Source of the DNA: a virus
Taxonomy: Duplodnaviria > Caudoviricetes
IMG/VR virus record: IMGVR_UViG_3300013121_000029
Span: 96,001-160,000 of that record
DNA length: 64,000 nt
Strand: one strand, 5' to 3'
Made by a program: the position numbers and the translations under genes. The notes beneath the pieces were generated by a model that was not told where the DNA came from, did not search any database, and saw only the letters and a program-made list of their open reading frames with translations. This document shows positions 53,301 to 61,580 of the stretch, in pieces. Each line of letters begins with the position of its first letter. Positions within the stretch are counted from its first letter, which is position 1.

Positions 53301-54198
53301 ATCATATTTGTTAGTCATTTTTTGCTACTCTCAAGGAGTGCCGTAGCACAAATTCTCATAGATTCTCTAACAAATTCTGAAATACCATGATTATAATTAT
53401 TAGCAAGAGTAAGAGTTTCATTTGCTATTTCAGTATTAGTTTTCTTAATTTCTTTTCGTTCTGGTTGAACCTGCATTATAATTGATACGTCCGCATAATC
53501 TAAATTTGTAACGTATACATCAAACCCAAACTCTTCATCATAATACATTCCTTTAAGAAGGGTCGGACTCCAAGCATATCCATACTCTGTCGCATGCATA
53601 ATACATTCATTAAACATGACAGTATTAAAGTTCACACCATCCACTTCTTTTAATTGAACAGTAGAAGACCATCCACCATCCTCTGCATAAAGAACAGTAT
53701 AAATTTGACCTGGAGTTAAATATTTTTTACATTTATCTTTATCATGTTGCATGCCATTAACATCAAACGTACGATTGGCACGAATCTTAGTACCATAATC
53801 TGCATCGAATACTGCAACATCATGTGATGAAATCAATACTAAATGTCCATCAATAATAGTACAGCCTACAATGAAAGGATTTTTATACTCATTTTGCAAA
53901 CATAATTGATTTTGTACATTGGTAAAAGTATAGAATTCATCATCTTCTTTCTTTTCGATATCATCTCCAAGATGTTGAATGACGATATGTACAAGGTTAT
54001 TATAATGTTTTACAAGTTCTGTAAGTTTCATTGCATTCTCCATTAAAAGCGAACAAGGAAATCATCTAACGATGATTGCTTTTTCCACATTTTCGTTTCA
54101 CAAAAATATTTTACATACTCAACTAGGACTACGTCAACGAGTAATAAAAAGGTACTTTGAAACGAAAAACACTATATAATCATCTCTTTAATAAGACT

Positions 54199-54227
54199 AT
54201 TATACAGTGTTAATTATATGAAGACAA
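54199..54227 (-). promoter_or_regulatory. sigma70-like early promoter
   Basis: TTGTCT-N17-TATAAT-AGTC. Confidence 0.7.
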
Positions 54228-54966
54228 GTTGTAGTTATGGACCAGCTACATCATTTAAGAATTTATTTAGGATAATAGTAACGATTACCATGATAAAAAG
54301 ATGGGGGAGAAAAGTATATACAACAGCATCATTGTGAATGGCTAATTGTTGTTTCAATTGAACCATTGCATGAAATAATGTAATCATTCCAATTAGTAAT
54401 GTTAATGCGACAGAGAACAATCTCCAATTAGTCATTGTTATATGCCTCATCATAGTTAGGACTATGACCACAATTACAACATTTTAAATAAGTAAGAGTT
54501 GAATTCTTATAGAAGTGTATGTAATTGGTATGTAAATTAAATTTACAAAACAAATTTTGTAACATTATTCACTCCTACCATTATAAGCAATTGAAATATT
54601 GTTATTAGCAAACACTCTCATCATTTTTGCTAATTCTTCTTTCTCAAAAATCTCAATACCAACGCCACCAGCTTTTCTAATTTCTTTTTCGAGATTTAAT
54701 ACAAATTCAGCATAGCGAACCGAAAGAACATCAGGATTATTCATAAATGGTTGAGTTTTTTCGAAATTGAGAGTATCACAAATTGCTTTGATAATATTCT
54801 CAACTTGCTTTTTAGAATTACCATTTACAGTAATTTGATCGTGCCAATATGTGCATTGATTATCTGAATTGGACTGATCAATTTTTCCAGTCCAGATACC
54901 GTGTTCGTTACAGAACATTTCATTTTTTGAAGGAATATACATAAAAATTTCTCTATTTGAATTCAT

Positions 54967-54995
54967 ATTATACTCTGTTCAAAAGAAGAAATCAA
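54967..54995 (-). promoter_or_regulatory. sigma70-like early promoter
   Basis: TTGATT-N17-TATAAT. Confidence 0.65.
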
Positions 54996-54997
54996 GA

Positions 54998-55022
54998 TGG
55001 AGTCCCTAGCAAGATTCAAACT
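54998..55022 (-). pseudogene. 3-prime tRNA fragment
   Basis: AG-TTTGAAT-CTTGC-TAGGGAC-T-CCA; the rest of the tRNA is absent. Confidence 0.55.
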
Positions 55023-55574
55023 ACTAACTTTTGCTCTCAATCATGTGCTGCTAAATTTAACAATAAATTACGTCGTAAACATCCTATTAAACCAAAACAA
55101 TTTACCCCTGCTAGTGGACCATATACATCAATAAAATATAAACAATGTAATATATGTAATAAATGGTTCTGGAGTGTTAAGAAAAATACATATTATAATA
55201 GATTGTGCTCTGATAATTGTTTCTATGTTCAGAAAAAACGGAATTGTACAGGTCGTAAGTTTCACATTTATAAAGATTGTTTATTTGAATCAAATTGGGA
55301 AGTTATTATAGCAACATTTTTCGACGACCACAACATTGCATGGACCCAACCTGATCATTCTATTAAATGGATCGACAGTCGAGGAAAATCACACAAATAT
55401 TATCCTGATTTTTACCTTCCTACTCTTAACATATATGTAGACCCGAAAAATCCGTATGTGATAAGAAAACAACAAGAAAAACTAGCAGCAATAGAAAAAC
55501 TATCATATATTCATTTAATATATGGTGATATAACCAAAATTAAATACGAAATATTAAATTTGGCGAAGAAGTAG
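55023..55574 (+). pseudogene. 5-prime-truncated zinc-finger PD-(D/E)xK homing-type endonuclease
   Basis: FCSQSC, CSDNC, ESNWE, YYPDFYLP..VDPK; no ATG in frame, N-terminus runs into the tRNA fragment. Confidence 0.6.
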
Positions 55575-55645
55575 GAATTTAACCCACACAAAACAGTGCC
55601 ATGGACACCGTTAAGTAATTCCCAATCGTTATTGGAATTTCCCTC
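55561..55645 (-). ncRNA. atypical tRNA-like RNA with extended arms
   Basis: 6-bp acceptor GAGGGA/TTCTTC, two long hairpins, T arm GTGGG-TTAAATT-CCTAC, GCCA. Confidence 0.5.
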
Positions 55646-56024
55646 ATAAAAACTTTTCTGTTAAGTAATAATGAATATCTGGTGATCTCATCAAAGATAT
55701 AGAAGCATTATTAATTTCTATTTTGTAATAGAGATCACTTAACATTAAATACTTAACATGACCTTGATTACAATAACTTTGTATAACATCATTATGTTCA
55801 TACCAAAAATCATTAATGATATGTTGTAATGCACCATTAATTTGTGCTATAATTAAAGGTTCATTTGAATGAGTTAACCATATTCCTTCACTCATTTTAT
55901 TACTTAACCAATACATAATTTGTTGATCAAGTTTTTTAATATAGCCAGCAATTGCTTTGTTTGCACGTGGACGAAGTTGTTCACAAATATAACGATCTCG
56001 TTCTGCTACTGACATATTTTTCAT
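55644..56024 (-). CDS. hypothetical protein
   Basis: 126-aa ORF. Confidence 0.6.
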   Translation of the reverse strand: MKNMSVAERDRYICEQLRPRANKAIAGYIKKLDQQIMYWLSNKMSEGIWLTHSNEPLIIAQINGALQHIINDFWYEHNDVIQSYCNQGHVKYLMLSDLYYKIEINNASISLMRSPDIHYYLTEKFL

Positions 56025-56028
56025 ATAA

Positions 56029-56430
56029 GTCGTGGGGCCTCGTTACTAAATCTACTTGAGATAACACAATCGGTCAGGCGCTCTTAACATAGGTTAAGCC
56101 ATTAACCCACAAATTTGTAAAGCGTTAGCAAGGACATCTGGTATTTGACCACCAAGTTCTTTGGAACACAGGACTTAACTCGAGTATATCCTGCTGTAGC
56201 TCACCTTGTGGAACCTGAACCATTAACGCTTAAAACAATCTGGTAGAATCTTCGATTCTCTTACCTACACTTGGGTAGACCAGGAAAAGTGAACGGCGTA
56301 CGCAAACATTCGGTACCAAATGTTCGAGAGTATTTCTACTCACCACGTTCAACAGGCTTAATAGGCTGTTACCTGTTTGCTACATTCTTCTCACATCTAA
56401 CAGCATCTGTGGAAGTATCGTCTTCAATTT
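56029..56430 (-). ncRNA. unassigned structured non-coding RNA region
   Basis: no credible ORF, raised GC, nested stems. Confidence 0.5.
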
Positions 56431-56433
56431 TTC

Positions 56434-56509
56434 TGGTTGCCATAGCAAGGATCGAACTTGCGACCAAACGAATATGAATCGTTCGCTCTACCAACTGAGC
56501 TATATGGCA
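56434..56509 (-). tRNA. tRNA-Met/Ile2(CAT)
   Basis: arm AACGA-TTCATAT-TCGTT, CCA. Confidence 0.85.
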
Positions 56510-56673
56510 TTATCAACTATCACTAGCCTTCTAGTTATGGCCTATCTACATTGCCGTGTTTCGGTTTGTGACCGTCACGTAATTGCGGTTAGGGCAGCTT
56601 ATTCCCCTTCCTACGATACCAATTAGCGAAATTCTCAAATGCATAATTGGAGTGATACAACTCTTTAAAAAAC

Positions 56674-56747
56674 TGGTAGTCCTGACACGATTTGAACGTG
56701 TGTATCAACTTTATCAGAGTTGTATTCTACCATTGAATTACAGGACT
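56674..56747 (-). tRNA. tRNA-Ile(GAT)
   Basis: arm CAACT-CTGATAA-AGTTG, CCA. Confidence 0.85.
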
Positions 56748-56752
56748 ATATT

Positions 56753-57286
56753 TTATTTATTCAAATATGGATAAGCAATATCCATTATTTCTTGTTTTGT
56801 GTAATTTCTCGATACTGCGTTAGTGCAAACTATAGTCCACAACGATCCGTTTGGACCTGGTAAATTGTCGATATACCCACCTAAATATTTCATATATCTT
56901 CTCATTATGAAATTATAGATACGCATTCTTTTATCTGTGTGATCTATCGCTCCAAATACTAATCCATCAAATCTAAAATTAGGTATTTCATTTTTAATAG
57001 CATTAAAAATAGCACCAATAATTGCTGCAGATTGTTTATTATTTAATGTAGCCTTATGTGACCATTCTTTTAATTCTTGATTCCATATTTGGAAACTAAT
57101 ATGAAAGACCTCTAATTCTTTTATTGGTAATAGATCCAATCGAATTTGATATTCATGTTCACCAGAAGTAAACCGACCAATCTTATTACCATCATTGTCT
57201 ATTGTCCACTTAGTATTAATTTCTGTATTCAATACTTCAGTTAAATTAATTTTAAATTGTTCTTCGACTATTTCTTCCAATTTCAT
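56753..57286 (-). CDS. family B paralog (MKLEEIVEE leader)
   Basis: FDGLVFGA..KRMRIYN; TATAAATA at 57319-57326. Confidence 0.7.
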   Translation of the reverse strand: MKLEEIVEEQFKINLTEVLNTEINTKWTIDNDGNKIGRFTSGEHEYQIRLDLLPIKELEVFHISFQIWNQELKEWSHKATLNNKQSAAIIGAIFNAIKNEIPNFRFDGLVFGAIDHTDKRMRIYNFIMRRYMKYLGGYIDNLPGPNGSLWTIVCTNAVSRNYTKQEIMDIAYPYLNK

Positions 57287-57346
57287 TTACTATCTCAAGT
57301 TTTTTCATAATTATACTTTATTTATAAAATGAAAACAACTTCTATT

Positions 57347-57421
57347 TGGAGCCCCCAGCCAGAATTGAACTGACAAGTACGGATTACAAAACCGTCATTT
57401 TACCATTAGAATTATGGGGGC
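57347..57421 (-). tRNA. tRNA-Thr(TGT)
   Basis: acceptor GCCCCCA/TGGGGGC, loop TTTGTAA. Confidence 0.85.
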
Positions 57422-57426
57422 AAATG

Positions 57427-57501
57427 TGGAGCGTCCACAGAGAGTCAAACTCTGTACACATGAGTGGAAGTCATGTATGTAATCACCAACACCTTGGACG
57501 C
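57427..57501 (-). tRNA. tRNA-Gly(TCC)
   Basis: arm CATGA-CTTCCAC-TCATG, U73. Confidence 0.85.
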
Positions 57502-57748
57502 ATTAATCTCTCGGGAGGCTGCATCCTCCCTTCACTCAACAACAATTTGCAGCGTTATTGAGTAGTATTCTTTCTACTTTTAATTCCATCAATTACACGT
57601 CTGATCATATCAACTCCATTAGCCATGCAACCATCATCGTCATCTGGAATAAAAATATAATCCTCACTAGCAAATACCCATCCGTCCTCTAACAATAATT
57701 GTTTATCTTCCTGTGATATTTGCTTACTCATCTTTATTTCCTTATAAT

Positions 57749-57824
57749 TGGCACCGGCGATGGGAATCTAACCCACCTCGAACTAGTAGACAGCTAGTTG
57801 CCCTCAACAGAGTGCTACGCCGGT
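57749..57824 (-). tRNA. tRNA-Asp(GTC), atypical D and T loops
   Basis: arm ACTAG-CTGTCTA-CTAGT, G73. Confidence 0.75.
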
Positions 57825-57833
57825 ATAAAAACT

Positions 57834-57907
57834 TGGTAGGACTGCATGGTACCACCCCATGTTCTCAAAGTTAAAAGCTTTGTGCATCATTTTAATGCTT
57901 CAATCCC
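57834..57907 (-). tRNA. tRNA-Lys(TTT), non-canonical T loop
   Basis: arm CAAAG-CTTTTAA-CTTTG; T loop GGTGGTA. Confidence 0.75.
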
Positions 57908-57913
57908 ACAATT

Positions 57914-57988
57914 TGGTGGAAACAATAGGACTTGAACCTATAACGCGCAGCTCTTCAGGCTACCGCTCTACCATTGAGCTATGTTTCC
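57914..57988 (-). tRNA. tRNA-Phe(GAA)
   Basis: arm GTAGC-CTGAAGA-GCTGC, CCA. Confidence 0.9.
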
Positions 57989-58523
57989 GTAATTCTATTA
58001 TTTATTTAATAATGGATAAGCAAGTTCCATTATTTCATCTTTTGTAAAGTTTCTTGATACTGCTGGAGTACATACTATAGTCCATAAAGATCCATTTGGA
58101 CCTGGTAAATTTTCAATAGTATTTCCTAAAAATTTTACATATCTATAAGCAATACGATTATATATTCCCATTCGTTGTTTAACGTCCTCAACAGCTCCAA
58201 ACACTAATGCGTCAAAATTGTGTTTATATACTTCGTCTGATATCGCATGAAATATAGCACTTATCACTATTATTGCTTGTTTATTAGACAATGTTGCTGT
58301 AATCGACCAATTATTATTAATTACATCCCATTTATCAAATCCGATCTGAATTACGTTAAAATCTTCTATTGGTAAACGTTGTAAATGAATTCTATATTGA
58401 TCTTCCCCACTTACAAATGTTCCGATTTTGTTACCTTTGGCGTCTGTTGTCCAGGTAGTTGGCAGTTTTGTATTTAATGTTTCGGCCAATTCTCTTAATT
58501 TCATATCTTATTTCCGTAATTCT
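57984..58523. repeat. 13-bp direct repeat TTTCCGTAATTCT flanking CDS 57998-58504
   Basis: copies at 57984-57996 and 58511-58523. Confidence 0.75.
57998..58504 (-). CDS. family B paralog (MKLRELAE leader)
   Basis: very similar to 56753-57286 (NLPGPNGSLWTIVCT, AYP.LNK). Confidence 0.75.
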   Translation of the reverse strand: MKLRELAETLNTKLPTTWTTDAKGNKIGTFVSGEDQYRIHLQRLPIEDFNVIQIGFDKWDVINNNWSITATLSNKQAIIVISAIFHAISDEVYKHNFDALVFGAVEDVKQRMGIYNRIAYRYVKFLGNTIENLPGPNGSLWTIVCTPAVSRNFTKDEIMELAYPLLNK

Positions 58524-58549
58524 TACACACGAGCTCATCCTACTGTGTT

Positions 58550-58582
58550 GTCAGTTGCAATAGACCACTCTGCCATACTTCC
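58550..58582 (-). pseudogene. 5-prime half of a tRNA-Ser-like gene
   Basis: GGAAGTATGGCAGAGTGGTCTATTGCAACTGAC followed by unrelated sequence. Confidence 0.6.
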
Positions 58583-58589
58583 ATATATT

Positions 58590-58680
58590 TGGTGGGACTG
58601 CCTGGATTTGAACCAGGATTTGCCATTTATCTGATGCTACGGAGTATAAACCCGCTACTTTACCGTTAAGTTACAGTCCC
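58590..58680 (-). tRNA. tRNA with TAT (Ile) anticodon and long variable arm
   Basis: acceptor GGGACTG/CAGTCCC, loop TTTATAC, 21-nt variable region. Confidence 0.75.
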
Positions 58681-58825
58681 AAATTCATTTTTCCTTAACC
58701 CTCACCTGTTTCGTCTTGGGTTAGTTGGCCCCGCTAAGAGCCTCATCAACAATCTCCATTAAAGTATTCGGTTACATTCTCAAAAACAGGAAAATCTAAC
58801 CTAGATTGTTTCAAGGAAAAATACT

Positions 58826-59350
58826 TTAATTCTTTAATTCGATGGTCGTCAACCATTCTTTAAAATCATCTGTATTTTTTATATTATCAGAAACAATAAC
58901 AGTTCCGATTTTTCCTAATCCTAAAGGAATGTTCTCAATTATTGTTCCCAAATCTTTCAACTTCCATCTAGCAATAGAATTGTAAATCCTCATTCGCTTG
59001 TCTGTATTATCTGTAGCAACAAATATCAGTGCGTCATAATCAAAATAATCTTTTTTCTCATACAATGCATTTACCACTACACCCATAACAACAGAAGCGG
59101 ATTTGTTATCATAGGTTGGTTTTGTTGACCATTCGTTTTTATTTTTTATTTGAAACGCTACATTAAGGCAATTAAATTTATTTTGATATACAAATGGTTC
59201 AAAAAGCACACGATATTGAGCATTATTTACTTCAAAATCCCCACAATATGCTCCCTGATCATGATACCAGTTTACTTCTCTTGTTGCATTAAACACTTCA
59301 TATAAATCAACTACATATCCATCTGAAGATACTAATTCCTGGAGTTTCAT
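58826..59350 (-). CDS. family B paralog (MKLQELV leader)
   Basis: YDALIFVA..KRMRIYN. Confidence 0.7.
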   Translation of the reverse strand: MKLQELVSSDGYVVDLYEVFNATREVNWYHDQGAYCGDFEVNNAQYRVLFEPFVYQNKFNCLNVAFQIKNKNEWSTKPTYDNKSASVVMGVVVNALYEKKDYFDYDALIFVATDNTDKRMRIYNSIARWKLKDLGTIIENIPLGLGKIGTVIVSDNIKNTDDFKEWLTTIELKN

Positions 59351-59430
59351 TATATATTAACACCATGTCCTTTCAAATATAAACCTTAAAATAGTTAGGA
59401 CTAATTACAATTAGTGGCAAATGTGTCCAG

Positions 59431-59513
59431 CTCTCAGGGTTGGACTCGAACCAACGATGGCTTTCGCACGTGATTAACAGTCACGCCCCTGCTACCAACT
59501 CGGGTACCTGAGA
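59431..59513 (-). tRNA. tRNA-Asn(GTT) with long variable arm, no encoded CCA
   Basis: arm CGTGA-CTGTTAA-TCACG; flanks extend the acceptor stem. Confidence 0.8.
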
Positions 59514-59548
59514 GCTCGACACACTCACCAATTACTCTCTTCGAAACA

Positions 59549-59668
59549 TGGTCGGAAATAAAGGATTTGAACCTTTAACCCTTTGCTCGGTCTATACACT
59601 TTTAATCTACTTAATTGTAGAAATGTACACACCAAAGCAAATACTCTACCCAGTTGAGCTAATTTCCG
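59549..59668 (-). tRNA. tRNA-Pro(TGG) with a 43-nt insert (59589-59631) in the anticodon loop
   Basis: acceptor CGGAAAT/ATTTCCG, TTTGC-TTTGG[insert]GA-GCAAA, CCA. Confidence 0.8.
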
Positions 59669-59894
59669 TTTAAATAATTTGAGATTCGCGTGTTTCTCCA
59701 CCAATCTCCCTAACCATTTATTCAATAATTAGCTACTTTAATTCATTATTGATTGCCTTTCGCAGATCCATTTACCTTAAATATTACTAGCTCCATGCAT
59801 AGGCAATCCGAACAGGCTTCATATTTAAGACCTTCTTTGAAGAAGGCTGATCACATTCGTAAGAAAAATATTATATCTTATTTAGTAGTTGGGA

Positions 59895-61580
59895 TCAACT
59901 TTTTAAATTAGAAATTATTTGTTTTAATAAACCATCCCTTTCAGTCGTTTTAACTTGCTTTCCTTTCAATACGTCTTTAACTAATTGAACATCTTTTTCC
60001 CAATGTTTTTTATCCAACCAAAAATCTTGAATTTTTGGATTAACTAATCTAAAAACATCGCAAATCAAATCAACTAATTCTTGACCATTAAGGTCATGAG
60101 AAAAACTAAATTCATAAGAAGTGCCTTTAAAGCAATTCTTCTTGTGTCCGTCACTAAAAATAAACAATTGAACACCATATTGTTTGTGTTCAAAAACCCA
60201 AACGCCAGGATTACTTTCATACCCTTTCATGGTAACATTTGGTTTTCCGAATTGTGAAACAACATCACCATCCACATAATCAGTCACCAAAAAAGCCTTA
60301 ATAAGATCAGCAATTCTAAAATTATATGGTTTCTGTACTTTATGAGACAAGTTAAGCAGAGTTTCTGTGTCTGCTTGTTCTATATCTTTAATTGTATATT
60401 TTTTAGTTACACGAGTAAACATATATAATCTCAATTATTCGACTATTATACTATGTTTATTCGACTAATTCAACTGAAAAAAGTACTTCTTGAATTTCAA
60501 ACCTTGGTGCAACTTTTTCATAATCACTCACAGTAGTACAAGAATCTGGATAACGTGCTCCAAATCTTGTAAACCATGCTCCTTCATAACCATAACACTC
60601 AGTTGCAATCTTTGCCATATCCTTTGCTTGTTCAATGTGTTCTTCAAATAAAAAGATAGCATCAGTTAAATCATTTGTAGTTACTAACGCACCACCGGGA
60701 GGAGTAGGTCTAGCATAATCACCACGTAACCATTCCGGAGTAATATGTAATCCATCTACTTCATAATAGCAATCACGTTTGGGATTCATGTTTCTAATAA
60801 CATATGCTTTACGACAATTTTTCTTGCTTTCTTTGACTTCAATTATACTAGGCATTGTGTATAGATGAGCAATAGTATTTGCAGCAAGAAAATCTGTATC
60901 TAATTCTCGCATATCGTGAATGTATTCAGATGCTAACAATAATTGTTCCTTATCGAATTCAGTAGGAACCTCAATTTTGTTAATTCTTACATATTGTTGA
61001 TCTTGATCAGAACTCTCTTCTTTATATCTAACCATTTTAGACAAACGTAGCAAATCCTTAATAGACATATCTTCAAAATCTTGGTCGTACAATGGTATAT
61101 CTCCGTATGATGAGCGAAGAACAATTTCTCCTCCGCCAAATGTATAAGAACAAATTATACAAAATACATATTCATTATTTTCTTGATAATGAGCTGTGCC
61201 GTCATCATCTAATTCAAGTCCTAATCGTTTACAAATTCGTTCGAATTTATTTTTCTTCATAATAAGTTAAACCATCTTTTTCTATAGTTATGATATATTA
61301 TCCATCATTTATTAAAAACCCGTTCATAAGAACGAATAGGACTACGATCTTGTTTACAACATTTTACATTAAATTTCCAATCACGATCACGAAGCAATTC
61401 TCGTTGTGTTAGAGCGTTAACAAATAAATTAAGATCACCATCTTCTTCAAGATAAATCGTTTTTCCTTTTTGATAAGAATAAATGCTGATTTGGTTTAGA
61501 ATACCAAGCTCGGCCAGATAGTCACGTTTGACAGCTACCCACCCGTGACCTGCATCGACATAATAATTGTATATCTTCAT
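59895..61580 (-). other. three hypothetical CDS (59895-60434, 60457-61260, 61305-61580)
   Basis: DAGHGWVAV..YLEEDGD motif in the last. Confidence 0.6.

Larger units (their letters stand above)
49495..54966 (-). other. early-gene region of about 16 small hypothetical CDS
   Basis: dense minus-strand ORFs broken by sigma70-like promoters; no recognisable domains. Confidence 0.55.

Noticed and set aside
53315-54043. MKLTELV as a member of the leader family
   Set aside because: Lies behind a sigma70-type promoter with no TAAATA motif; left out as ambiguous.
6269-58582. Trans-splicing of the two Ser tRNA halves
   Set aside because: Their acceptor strands (GGAAGUA versus ACUUUCC) and anticodon stems are not complementary.
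58700-58795. Hammerhead-like core (UUGAUGAG..GAAAC) upstream of the TAT tRNA
   Set aside because: C3 is replaced, stem I does not form and stem II is poor.
6257-59725. ORFs overlapping tRNA genes (6257-6442, 6827-7075, 9824-10068, 10179-10376, 13186-13380, 56271-56774, 57346-57561, 57859-58047, 58428-58634, 59525-59725)
   Set aside because: Translations of RNA genes or their antisense strands.
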